Positions 1 to 9,456 of a stretch of 64,000 bases of DNA are shown piece by piece. Position 1 is the first letter of the stretch, and every line of letters begins with the position of its first letter. The notes under the pieces are model-generated. The model saw only the letters and a list, made by a program, of their open reading frames with translations. It searched no databases and had not been told where the DNA came from. Made by a program: the position numbers and the translations under genes. Origin of the DNA: Terriglobia bacterium (lineage in GTDB: Bacteria; Acidobacteriota; Terriglobia; 20CM-2-55-15); contig CAXWPJ010000004.1 of NCBI GenBank assembly GCA_963664115.2, positions 125,459 through 189,458 on the forward strand, given 5' to 3'.

Positions 1-428
1 ACATCGTATTCCTCGGCTGGAAGTGGAGCCACATTGATCTGAGGAGGCTCGGATCCAGCGTTGACCAGGTCAGTTAGCCGATGGGTTGTTTCTTCTATGT
101 CGTTTGACCGTTCGTCCAACTCCTCGTGCGACAAATCCTCGGAAACCGAAGCGTAATAAAGCGCTTCAATTTGTAAGGCAAATGCTTCCGTTTCTTTCAG
201 GAGGAGCTGCATACCGGGGTCAGAGGTCTCAGTGCGGGCCGCATAGAACTCGTCCGACATCGCATCAACCAAGCCCTGCTGATTCTCACTGAAGTTCGGG
301 AGCCTCGTCGCGGTTCCTCTTCTGTTATCGACCAGTCGCCCTTCATCTCTCTGGCTCTTGGCAGACACAGGCCAGGCACCAAGAAAGAGCGCAAGTACAA
401 CGGCGAAGAATGCAAGCGTAAATCTCAT
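1..428 (-). CDS. Exported hypothetical protein, 3' end outside the window
   Basis: Not in the ORF track. Hand translation from ATG 428 gives MRFTLAFFAVVLALFLGAWPVSAKSQRDEG..., open to the window edge. Signal-peptide-like N-terminus; GAAAGG just upstream. Confidence 0.75.
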   Translation of the reverse strand, partial: MRFTLAFFAVVLALFLGAWPVSAKSQRDEGRLVDNRRGTATRLPNFSENQQGLVDAMSDEFYAARTETSDPGMQLLLKETEAFALQIEALYYASVSEDLSHEELDERSNDIEETTHRLTDLVNAGSEPPQINVAPLPAEEYD

Positions 429-525
429 GACCTTTCAAGCAGGATAAACGCACCGGGTGGAGTGTGACAAAGAAAAACTGGCGTCGGTGCCGTAGACGGC
501 GCCGCTTTCGGCCGTGCAATTGCAC

Positions 526-1452
526 TCAACTCTGCCGGCGCACCCACCCCCGCGTGACGGCCGAGAGCAAGTCCCCAATCAGAACCAGGGTGCCGCCGAG
601 GACGATGAAGAAAAACATCTCGTCGTAATTGTTTCGGGCTCGGGCGTCCTGGATCCAGAATCCGAGCGAGGAAATCCCCAGCATGCCCAGCACGGTTGCT
701 TCGCGAACGCAGGTTTCCCACCGATAGAGGAAGAACAGCAGGAATCGCGAGAAAGCGAGTGGAAACACTCCGGAAAACACCAACTGCGCACGCGTCGCCC
801 CGAGCGCACGAAGCGCCACCAGTGGAGGCGACTCGGTGTTCTCCAGCACTTCGGCGCCCAGACGGCCGAGTATTCCCGTGTTGTGAAGCGCCAGCGCCAG
901 AACCAGTGGCCAGGCCACAGGACCCAGCATCGCCAGAAACAAAAACGCCCAGATGTACTCGGGAATGGAGCGCGAGAAAATCATGAAGAACCGGCATCCT
1001 GCCATCACACCAACCCATGGCAATCGCATCGGCCAGATAGTCCGGCGCAAGGACGGAAGGAAGGGGGATTCGGTCACGAGCGTGCGTGCCCCGAACACGG
1101 ACAAGATCACTCCGCCACAACCGGCCAGAAAGATGGCCGCGATCGAAATTGCCAAGGTGTTGAGGGCGGCCTCGAAACCTCTCGACCACATCATTTCGAC
1201 AAGCCAATCGAACAGCAGACCCGGATCGAAACCTGCAGACTGCAACGGAAAAGGAACGAGTTGCCTGGCGAAATTGATGAGGTTCGACACGCGTCGGGCA
1301 GACAACAGTTCGGAGGCTCCGAAGTCCCCGACCAACCAGGACCCGACTCCGAGAATCATTAACAGAACCGCACTCGCACCTGCTCCCCAGTTCCTTGGCC
1401 GCGCACGCCGGAGCCGAGCCAGTGTTTCCGAATGTTGTGTTCGAGGACTCAA
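526..1452 (-). CDS. PhnE/PtxC-family ABC permease (second subunit)
   Basis: RSIPE and YRWETCVREATVLGMLG motifs, multiple TM segments. TTG start at 1452 overlaps the upstream TGA (TTGA). Confidence 0.88.
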   Translation of the reverse strand: MSPRTQHSETLARLRRARPRNWGAGASAVLLMILGVGSWLVGDFGASELLSARRVSNLINFARQLVPFPLQSAGFDPGLLFDWLVEMMWSRGFEAALNTLAISIAAIFLAGCGGVILSVFGARTLVTESPFLPSLRRTIWPMRLPWVGVMAGCRFFMIFSRSIPEYIWAFLFLAMLGPVAWPLVLALALHNTGILGRLGAEVLENTESPPLVALRALGATRAQLVFSGVFPLAFSRFLLFFLYRWETCVREATVLGMLGISSLGFWIQDARARNNYDEMFFFIVLGGTLVLIGDLLSAVTRGWVRRQS

Positions 1453-2372
1453 GGGACGAACCACCTCCGGATAATTCCACTCCACCATTCCACCACTACA
1501 ATCAGCAGGAACAGTGCATAGAGATAAGTCCAGACCTCGCCGTAGTAGAGATTCTCAAATGAAGCCGCAATGAAGAAACCCAGCGTGGGGAAACCGAAGA
1601 AACCCAGCACGGCCGAGGAACGCAGCGCGCATTCGAACCTGTAGAACGTATACGCAACCATATCCGGGAACGCGCGCGGTAGCAGTGCGAACACGAACAC
1701 CTGGGAAGGCAACGCTCCGGCGCCACGCAACGCGTAGGCGGTATCGGGAGGTGTCTCGTCGATGATTTCCGAGAAGATCTTTGCCAGCACACCCGCGAAA
1801 GGTATCGCCAGCGCGATGACGGCATTGACGTTGACCAGACCGAACCCCGCCAGCAGAAACACAGCCCACAGCAATTCGTGAACGGAACGCATGACGGCGA
1901 TCAGCACCCGGGTGGTTCCGTAGAGGAGAGGCCGAACGCTCGTGCTTGCCAATCGCCGCAGTCTCGAACGCCCGCCGGACGGGTCCTGGCTCCACCATGA
2001 ACTGGACGCCAGGAAGCCCAGCAGCAGCGCAAGTGGGACAGCCAGGCTCATCGCCGCCGACGCAAAGATCACGGTAGTCACCCCAGCCTGCAGCGCTCGT
2101 AAGGGGAGAGGGATGAGACCGGACGGCAAATTGGGTGCCTCGTAATTGAGGGCAGGCGACAATGCGCGAGCGAAGAACTCGCCCGTCAACTGGAGGCTCG
2201 AAGACGACCCGATGAGATCCGAGGGCCGCAGTTCCAGTTGCCAGAAGGCCCACACCGCGAGCGCAGTGATGACGATTAAGATTCCGGGCCGAGCCCGGCC
2301 AGCGCGGGACGCCTGGGGTATCTTCGGCCTAAGTTCGGGAAACCGAGGGATCGCTGCCGGATGGGTCGTCAT
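1449..2372 (-). CDS. PhnE/PtxC-family ABC permease (first subunit)
   Basis: RSVHE and YRFECALRSSAVLGFFG motifs; ATGA overlap with the ATPase gene. Confidence 0.9.
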   Translation of the reverse strand: MTTHPAAIPRFPELRPKIPQASRAGRARPGILIVITALAVWAFWQLELRPSDLIGSSSSLQLTGEFFARALSPALNYEAPNLPSGLIPLPLRALQAGVTTVIFASAAMSLAVPLALLLGFLASSSWWSQDPSGGRSRLRRLASTSVRPLLYGTTRVLIAVMRSVHELLWAVFLLAGFGLVNVNAVIALAIPFAGVLAKIFSEIIDETPPDTAYALRGAGALPSQVFVFALLPRAFPDMVAYTFYRFECALRSSAVLGFFGFPTLGFFIAASFENLYYGEVWTYLYALFLLIVVVEWWSGIIRRWFVP

Positions 2373-3127
2373 AGCTGGAACAAGGACTGAAACTTATCTT
2401 CCGCTATCGCAGACACCGGCTTGTCAAAGGCGAGGCGTCCGGCCTTCATCCCTACAAGGCGAGGGAAAAACTCGCGAGCCAGATCCAGGTTGTGCAGACT
2501 CACGCAGAGCGTGAGGCCCTCTTCGCGGGCCAGGCTGGTCAGCAGTTCAAGGACAGACCGCGCCCGGGCAGGATCGACGCTCGAAACTGGTTCGTCCGCC
2601 AGAAGGATTTGTGGTTTCTGAAAAAGGGCGCGGGCTATAGCCACCCTCTGGCGCTCACCACCGGAAAGGCGGTCCACACGCTCGTAGAGCTTGTCACCGA
2701 TGCCCACCCTTTCCAGCAGGTCGTGGACTTCCCCGAGGGTTTTCCGGGAAGGAAGTGTGAGCAGGACCAGAGCCCGTGTCATGGAGATCTGGCCGAGCCT
2801 CCCCATCAGCACGTTCTGAAGCACGTTCAGATTGGGCACCAGGTGGAGTCCCTGGTGCACGAAGCCGACGCTCGTCCGCAACGTCCGCAAACCTCCATGG
2901 GAAAGCGTGTCGAGGCGGGCTCCGAGCGTACGCACGTGGCCCCGGGTGGGCCGCACCATTCCGTTGAACAGCCCGAGCAGGGTCGTCTTTCCGGCGCCAC
3001 TCAAGCCGACCAATCCAACACATTCGGCCCGCCCCACTTCGAAATCGACATTACGGAGCGCCGACACGGATCCGTAGTCGACCGAAACACCGTTGAGCGA
3101 CAGGCTTTGACCGTTACTCTCTGTCAA
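2369..3127 (-). CDS. PhnC-like ABC transporter ATPase
   Basis: Walker A GLSGAGKT, signature LSGGERQR, Walker B ILLADEPVSSVDP, H-loop SLH. Confidence 0.93.
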   Translation of the reverse strand: MTESNGQSLSLNGVSVDYGSVSALRNVDFEVGRAECVGLVGLSGAGKTTLLGLFNGMVRPTRGHVRTLGARLDTLSHGGLRTLRTSVGFVHQGLHLVPNLNVLQNVLMGRLGQISMTRALVLLTLPSRKTLGEVHDLLERVGIGDKLYERVDRLSGGERQRVAIARALFQKPQILLADEPVSSVDPARARSVLELLTSLAREEGLTLCVSLHNLDLAREFFPRLVGMKAGRLAFDKPVSAIAEDKFQSLFQL

Positions 3128-4017
3128 CGCAGCATTCCAAGTTGCTCCGCTACGGCTCGCAGTTGGTCGTAATCCTGATCATCGGCCGGAATGAGTCTAT
3201 CTCTCGGCAGGGCTGCGAGCAGATTCGAATCGGTGATACCGACCAGCGTCTCTTGGAGCCTTCCGGTAAAACCCTCTCCAAAGATTTCATCGAGTCGGGG
3301 GTGCGCCACCCAGTGGTAATCCACGAACGTGGGAGTCTGCCAGATGATTCCGGCGACGTCGGGATCGGTGGTTCCATCCTCGACTCGCCGCTCATAAACA
3401 AGATAATTCAAAACGCCCACATCATACTGACCGCTTTCGACCAGTTCCGCCGCCCGGTCGTGACTTCCGGAAAAGCCAACGGGATTGGCAAAGAATTCCT
3501 CCGGTGACTGCCCTGTCGCCTCCCGAATGAAATACTCGGGCATCAGTCTACCGGATGTGGAACTCTCGCTACCAAAGGTAAAACTGTACGCGCCGATTTC
3601 CGCCGGAAATTCATCGGAGGCCCCGAGCCCCGTCCTCTTATTCGCAATAAAGTAGGAATAGTATTCCGGGTCGATATCGCCTTGGGCGATCGCGGAGGAA
3701 CCGTCCACCGCGGCACGCGCCTGCAAGCCGGTCAGACCCCCGAACCAACCCAACAGGATGTCGCCGTTGCGAAAGGTCTCGACGGTGGCCTGATAGTCGC
3801 GGGTCGGTACGTATTCCACCACCACGCCGAGCTCTCTAGCGAGATAGTCGGACAGCGGCAGGAATCGTGCGGCCAACTCGGTCGTGTTCTGATCCGGTAT
3901 CCCCGAGAACCGCAACACCGGCAGCGGTTCGTCGACTTGTCCGGCACAACCGGCGCACACACAGACAACAAGGACGATCGCCGACAGCAGCCTATGGATA
4001 TTTGCTGTTTCAAGCAT
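3124..4017 (-). CDS. PhnD/PtxB-fold substrate-binding lipoprotein, resembling the putative selenate (SelD-associated) clade
   Basis: Lipobox-like CAGC; FSGIPDQ, WFGGLTGLQAR, FTFGSESSTSGRLMP and GFSGSHD motifs. Clade assignment is from recalled motifs. Confidence 0.8.
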   Translation of the reverse strand: MLETANIHRLLSAIVLVVCVCAGCAGQVDEPLPVLRFSGIPDQNTTELAARFLPLSDYLARELGVVVEYVPTRDYQATVETFRNGDILLGWFGGLTGLQARAAVDGSSAIAQGDIDPEYYSYFIANKRTGLGASDEFPAEIGAYSFTFGSESSTSGRLMPEYFIREATGQSPEEFFANPVGFSGSHDRAAELVESGQYDVGVLNYLVYERRVEDGTTDPDVAGIIWQTPTFVDYHWVAHPRLDEIFGEGFTGRLQETLVGITDSNLLAALPRDRLIPADDQDYDQLRAVAEQLGMLR

Positions 4018-4451
4018 GGTTCTTCTCTTCTCCTAAGATTCCGTAAATCAAATAAAAGGAATATCCTTCCCAGCCGCCTAGGGCTCAACCCACGACAGAT
4101 CAAACGAGATACTGAGATTGAAGATGTTTACGGATAAGGGGCGACGACGCCTACGAACTGGCGCCGCGGAAACGGACTCATGTGAATCCTGAGAAGGTAT
4201 GGCGATAAATTCGATTACCCATCAGCGCAGGATTCTATCTCGATTCCGCGAAGAAGTGTAGCTTGTTCTGCGTTAGCCAACGGCAGACGACTCCCTGCCG
4301 ATTGACGGATCAACGACTGCTTTTCGCATTTTTTGCCGAGGTCCTCTTTCACCGTTTGGCAGACACCGAAAGCCCTTCTCCCTCCCTCCCAAGCGTCGGA
4401 ATGAGTGTGACGATTCGAAGAGGGGTCTGGAATCGTGTACTATTCGGTCCG

Positions 4452-5708
4452 ATGACGGCCGAGGAGCTTATCGAGAATTTGCGCGAAGCGCGCACGCGGG
4501 AGTTGAGCCTTTTCACCGATCTTTCTGATGAGCAGTTGCTCGGTCCGAAGGAACACGGCATCGAGCCGCCGATCTGGGAACTGGGGCACGTGGGATGGTT
4601 TCAGGAGTACTGGATCCTCCGGAATCTCGGAAAAGCGAAACCCATCCTCGACAACGGAGATGCCGTCTACGATTCGTTCAATATCACATACAAGCTTCGT
4701 TGGGATCACCGCTTTCCGACCCGGGTAGAGACCTTGGATTACCTACAGACGGTCCTCGAGCGCTGCTTCGACCGGTTGAGGGAACGCGAACCGAACGAAC
4801 AAGAGACGCACTTCTACTGGATGGTTGCCCAGCACGAGTACATGCATTCGGAAAATCTCTGCATGGTGCGGCATACGCTGGGATACCCCAGGCCGAAGTT
4901 CGAAGAACGGGCCGTTAGTCCCGACCCTAAATTCGTGCCGAAGGACGTGGAAATCCCAGGTGGAAAGTATTCACTCGGCGCTTCGAAGGATGATTTTTTT
5001 GTCTTCGACAACGAAAAGTGGATGCACGAGGTCGAAATCAAGCCGTTCCGCATTGCCAATGCACCCGTGACAAACGAGGAGTTCCTTGCGTTCGTGAAGG
5101 ATGGTGGATACGGAGTGAGGAAGTTCTGGGGGAAGCACGGGTCGGAATGGCGCCGCCGTCTGAATGCGACCCATCCGCTGTTCTGGCAAGAGTCGGACGA
5201 AGGATGGGTACAGAGCAGATTCGACGAGACCTTTCGGCTGCGGCCGAACGATCCCGTCGTTCACATCAACTGGTTTGAGGCCCAGGCGTATTGCGCTTGG
5301 GCCGGCCGCAGGCTTCCAACCGAGGCCGAGTGGGAAGTGGCTGCTTCAGGTTATGAGAAGCGCCGGTTCCCGTGGGGGGAGGATCTTCCAGATCCCGACC
5401 GCGCCAACCTGGATTGGAGTCATCTGGGAGTCGTGGACGTGAGTGCCTATCCGCAAGGGGACAGCGTCTTTGGTTGCCGCCAAATGATCGGCAACATCTG
5501 GGAGTGGACCGACAGTTACCTGGAACCCTACCCGGGTTTCACACCGGACCCCTACAAGGAATACTCTCTGCCGTACTTCGGACAGAAACCTGTCCTTCGC
5601 GGTGGAGGATTCGCGTCGCGTTCTAAGATGATCCGCAATACCTGGCGAAATTTCTTCATCAGGCATCGCCGCAACATCGTGGCTGGATTCCGAACCTGCG
5701 CCCTGTAA
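4452..5708 (+). CDS. EgtB/SenA-family non-heme iron sulfoxide/selenoxide synthase (DinB_2 + FGE-sulfatase domains), SenA-like
   Basis: PPIWELGHVGWFQE and HEYMH supply the 3-His metal triad; RLPTEAEWE, GNIWEWT, YKEYS, RNFF and GFR motifs. ATG 4452 gives 418 aa. Confidence 0.85.
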   Translation: MTAEELIENLREARTRELSLFTDLSDEQLLGPKEHGIEPPIWELGHVGWFQEYWILRNLGKAKPILDNGDAVYDSFNITYKLRWDHRFPTRVETLDYLQTVLERCFDRLREREPNEQETHFYWMVAQHEYMHSENLCMVRHTLGYPRPKFEERAVSPDPKFVPKDVEIPGGKYSLGASKDDFFVFDNEKWMHEVEIKPFRIANAPVTNEEFLAFVKDGGYGVRKFWGKHGSEWRRRLNATHPLFWQESDEGWVQSRFDETFRLRPNDPVVHINWFEAQAYCAWAGRRLPTEAEWEVAASGYEKRRFPWGEDLPDPDRANLDWSHLGVVDVSAYPQGDSVFGCRQMIGNIWEWTDSYLEPYPGFTPDPYKEYSLPYFGQKPVLRGGGFASRSKMIRNTWRNFFIRHRRNIVAGFRTCAL

Positions 5709-5850
5709 CGCCCCTCGGTTCCGCGCCTCTCCGGTGCTTGCGTTCCGACAGTCGCTTCATCGGGCTGCGGACAAAAAAGCATGTATCATGCGCAAACCGA
5801 ATATTCGAATCGAATATTTTCGCTGAAATGTGTCTGCAAATGGAGGGATC

Positions 5851-6345
5851 ATGGCAAAAATCGTATTTCATCTTGCCGCTATCGTTTTCACTAGCGCTTG
5901 GGCGTTGCCAGCCTTGGCGCAGTTACCGGTCCGTCATGTTCTCCCGGTCCCGCTTGCCAAGCAAATGGCTGATGTGACAACCGAAACCTGCGCGGCATTA
6001 GGATTCAGTGTTTCCGTTCATGTCGTGGACGCCGCCGGCGATACTCTCGTAGCCTATCGCGGCGGGGATTCCGGAGTGCATACCTTCATGAACAGCTTCC
6101 GCAAGGCCTATGCCGCAATGACGTTTCGCCGCCCATCTGCGACCTTCGGCGAACGCCTGGAAGCTGGCGACACAGGCGCGCAGTTGCAATTGATGCTACC
6201 CGACATGGCGGGCCAGCAGGGGGGTCTTCCGATCCGTGTCGGCGAGGAAGTGATCGGCGGTATCGGGGCTTCCGGTGCAGGAATGGGCGCAGATTCTAGG
6301 TGTGTTCAGGCGGGTTTGGACTCAGTAGCGGAGAATCTGCGTTAG
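5851..6345 (+). CDS. Exported GlcG/HbpS-family heme-binding protein (DUF336-like)
   Basis: GGAGG RBS, signal peptide, VSVHVVD..G, KAYAA and GGLPI..GEEVIGGIGASG motifs. Confidence 0.85.
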   Translation: MAKIVFHLAAIVFTSAWALPALAQLPVRHVLPVPLAKQMADVTTETCAALGFSVSVHVVDAAGDTLVAYRGGDSGVHTFMNSFRKAYAAMTFRRPSATFGERLEAGDTGAQLQLMLPDMAGQQGGLPIRVGEEVIGGIGASGAGMGADSRCVQAGLDSVAENLR

Positions 6346-6466
6346 AGGTTCTGAGCCTCTGCTTCTCAGCGGCACCCTTTGTCGTCATTTGACCTACACG
6401 TGAAACACGGAGGCTCTTTGACTTTCGCTTCAAGAGTTCTTTCGCGAAGTCTCGAATATCTTCATT

Positions 6467-7192
6467 ATGCGCATCAAGGCCGGACAAGGTGAAACACCCC
6501 CTGCGGCATCTATGATCCGCGTTCCGGAAGGCTGGTTCCAGATGGGCTCCAACCACCACCAGCCCTGGGAGGCTCCGCGGCACCGAGTTTTTACCGACGC
6601 CTTCGAGATCGCGCAAACCCCGCTGACGCGACGGGAGTATGCAATCTTTCTTGATGTCACCGGCCAGCCCGCGCCACGGGGATGGACAGAGCCGGCCTTT
6701 GCCGACCCGAATCAGCCCGTCGTCGGTGTGAACTGGTTTGACGCCGTTGCTTATTGCGAGTGGTTATCCAAGCGAGAGGGCACTGCTTATCGATTGCCGA
6801 GGGAGGCGGAGTGGGAGAAGGCGTGCAGGGGAGGCGCCGATGACAACCCTTACGCCTGGGGCCACGAGGCGCCTGAATCACTCGAATATTTTCAAGGCGA
6901 ATGGACCGGTCCTCGCCCGGTGGCCACGGCCGCAGCCAACGGCTATGGCCTGTTCAATATGGGCGACAACGTCCACGAATGGTGCGAAGACTGGTACGGC
7001 CCCGACTACTACGGGGTCTCCCCGGAAATGAATCCAGTGGGACCGGAGTCCGGCAGCCGCCGTGTTTCAAAGGGTGGATCCTGGCGACACGCCGTGAAAG
7101 GGTCGCGGGCCGCACAGCGGAGCAGCCTCCCGCCCGAGTACCGGTATACGGATTACGGATTCCGTCTGGCCCGAGCCGTGACGCCGGAGTGA
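6467..7192 (+). CDS. Stand-alone FGE-sulfatase (SUMF1-like) domain protein
   Basis: FQMGS, PVVGVNWFDA, YRLPREAEWEKACRGG, NVHEW and GFR motifs. Start may be 6512. Confidence 0.88.
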   Translation: MRIKAGQGETPPAASMIRVPEGWFQMGSNHHQPWEAPRHRVFTDAFEIAQTPLTRREYAIFLDVTGQPAPRGWTEPAFADPNQPVVGVNWFDAVAYCEWLSKREGTAYRLPREAEWEKACRGGADDNPYAWGHEAPESLEYFQGEWTGPRPVATAAANGYGLFNMGDNVHEWCEDWYGPDYYGVSPEMNPVGPESGSRRVSKGGSWRHAVKGSRAAQRSSLPPEYRYTDYGFRLARAVTPE

Positions 7193-7220
7193 CTGGCTTC
7201 GCACCTTGCGACCACCGAGC

Positions 7221-7355
7221 CTACTTAATGCCAAAGCCATCCAGCATGCCCGCGTAACCCCCATCCTTGATCATCTTGGCTTCCATTTCGAACTGATCCG
7301 GAATCGGCGTCAACCCGAGTCCTTCGACAAAGCGGTTCATAAAGCAAAGTCGGTA
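7221..7355 (-). pseudogene. C-terminal fragment of an AhpD/carboxymuconolactone decarboxylase-like protein
   Basis: ...CFMNRFVEGLGLTP...GGYAGMLDGFGIK* resembles the F(M)NR.V.GLG tail of peroxidase-related AhpD-like proteins; no N-terminus. Confidence 0.4.
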
Positions 7356-7434
7356 GGTCGACGAGTCTGACCACGCGCGGCTTTTGCCCGAACGGGCCAG
7401 ATACCGTAGCATGGAACAAACAGGAGGATAGAAT

Positions 7435-8222
7435 ATGTCCATCCGCAATTCTCTTCGAACGGTTCGAACGCTGCTGACCCTGGGAACACTGATTGGGTTG
7501 ACGGGATACGCCAACGCCCAGACCCTGATCGAGTACAGTGGCGAAGCCCGGTTCCAGCTGGATCTCCAGGTTCCCGATGCCGCGCTCATGCCTTATATTC
7601 CGGCAGGCTGGACGCTTAATGTGTCGACCCAGGGAAATGCGAAGGATGCGAATTTGCGCGCGATTTTTGTGGATCGAATGACGATTAACGGTCCGGATGG
7701 AAGACCGGTTGGGACCGGGTCGAACCGGCTGGTGTACATCGCTGCTCCTGTGACGAATCCCGCAGGGGAGAACGTTCAACTCGTCATTGGCGGGCTGACT
7801 GAAGACCCCTCGGATGCACCCGGACCGTTCGGTGTGTATCTGTTGGCGACCACGCACATGATGGAACGCACCACCACCGACAGCGGATCGGGCCCGATCC
7901 TGGACTCGCAGGACTGGATGCTTGCCGCCGCCACCGGCGAACATCTGGAGATGCACATCGAGTACGAGCGAGGCATCGGCAACAAACGCCCCCCAGAGAC
8001 ACGAAGTTTTACTCTGCGAAAGATCCGGACTTCTTTCAGATTTCGAGACAGGAACAGGTACTGGATGTCATGCGCAACGTGACGACCAATCCTCCCGACA
8101 GAGTGACGGCGTTCTCCTTCAGCGCGGGTGGCGGCAGCTTTGCCGCGCTGTTCGACGGCACGGAGAGATTGCTGAGTTGGGACAACATCCTCTGGTTGAA
8201 TCGCTCTGTTCTCCTGCCGTAG
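7435..8222 (+). pseudogene. Exported hypothetical protein, frameshifted at a C6 run
   Basis: AGGAGG RBS and signal peptide. Adding one C at 7989-7994 continues the frame as RDTKFYSAKDPDFFQISRQEQVLDVMRN...WLNRSVLLP* (TAG 8220-8222). Confidence 0.75.
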
Positions 8223-8345
8223 CGGCTTCCCAGTCCGCGACAGATATCGGGAAGCCCGCGCTCAGAACGCGTCGATGCGTGTGTCCGGTCGGTGATTGTC
8301 GTTCGTAGAGGACGCGGACGAACGTGACCGTAAGGAGTACAGCTC

Positions 8346-8999
8346 ATGCCGACTGTAATGATCGTGGGTGCAAGCCGGGGAATCGGGCTCGAACTCGCCA
8401 GACAATATGCCCAAGCCCGCTGGCGCATGCATGCGACCACCCGAACGCCGGATAATCCGGGGGCGCTGGGACGGATCGCCGGTGATGTCGTCTTGCATGA
8501 ACTCGACGTCCGCGATGGGAATCACATTGCGGTTGTGGCCTCGGCGGTGAGCGACGAAGGCATCGATGTGCTCATCCACAACGCGGGCGTCCAGGACGAC
8601 ATCCTCCCCCCTGAAGAAGTCGTGCAGATCAACGCCGAGGCGCCGCTCGAGGTAACAGAAGCACTGTTGTCTGCCCTCGGGCGCGGCACGCAGAAGAAGG
8701 TTGTCCTGATGACGAGCCAGCTCGGCGCGCGCCGCGGCAGTACCCGCAGTCTGGGCACATATGGAGACTCGAAAGCCGCGTTGAACGATGCTTTCCGCGA
8801 GAGGGCGCCGGAATGGGCCCGGGACGGTCTGATCGCAATCGTCATGCACCCGGGCTGGGTCCGCACGGACATGGGCGGATCCAATGCTCCGCTCGGAACA
8901 GAGGAAAGCGCACGCGGGATCATCGACGTCATTGATCGCCTGACACCGGCTGAACACGGTCGCTTCTGGACCTGGGACGGAAGGGAGCATCCTTGGTAA
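8346..8999 (+). CDS. Short-chain dehydrogenase/reductase (CsgA/C-factor-like)
   Basis: GASRGIG, NAG, YGDSK (YxxxK) and HPGWVRTDMGG motifs. Confidence 0.92.
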   Translation: MPTVMIVGASRGIGLELARQYAQARWRMHATTRTPDNPGALGRIAGDVVLHELDVRDGNHIAVVASAVSDEGIDVLIHNAGVQDDILPPEEVVQINAEAPLEVTEALLSALGRGTQKKVVLMTSQLGARRGSTRSLGTYGDSKAALNDAFRERAPEWARDGLIAIVMHPGWVRTDMGGSNAPLGTEESARGIIDVIDRLTPAEHGRFWTWDGREHPW

Positions 9000-9138
9000 C
9001 ACACAGGGGTAGCAGGCGGACGGCGGGGAAACGCAACGATCAAACCCCGAAGGTTCAGCTAAAAATGCGGAGCTGGGTGGTGCCGCGTTGACCTCGCTTG
9101 GCGCCTCCGATAGAATCGCAGCGCTTTAACCATCCATA

Positions 9139-9456
9139 ATGAGCTCTCGATCCCAATCGACGAAGTCCGGTGCCGCAACAGGACCCCAGGGGTACTGGCG
9201 CCGCAACCTCCGGATCATGGCGACGCTTATCTTTGTTTGGGCATTGGCCGGTCTGGGGGCAGGTGTTCTCTTTGCCGACCGCTTGAACGCCTACACACTG
9301 CCGGGAACGGGATTTCCTCTCGGCTTCTGGTTTGCACAACAGGGCAGCATCATCGCGTTCGTCCTCATCATCCTCGTCTATTGCCTTTTGATGAACCGCC
9401 TCGACGCCGAGCACCACCGGGAGATCGAGCAGAGCGGCGATGGGGGTAAGGGGTGA
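9139..9456 (+). CDS. DUF4212 small subunit of a solute:sodium symporter
   Basis: YWRRN and GFPLGFWFAQQGSI motifs; GTGA overlap with the symporter gene. Confidence 0.9.
   Translation: MSSRSQSTKSGAATGPQGYWRRNLRIMATLIFVWALAGLGAGVLFADRLNAYTLPGTGFPLGFWFAQQGSIIAFVLIILVYCLLMNRLDAEHHREIEQSGDGGKG

Noticed and set aside
526-4017. Phosphonate utilisation (phn/ptx) operon
   Set aside because: No C-P lyase, phnX/W or ptxD nearby and the SBP motifs look like a different clade, so phn gene symbols were withheld.
4018-4451. tRNA-Sec, SECIS or selenoprotein near the SenA-like gene
   Set aside because: No cloverleaf or in-frame UGA read-through candidate could be seen by eye; the 4263 extension of the ORF looks non-coding.
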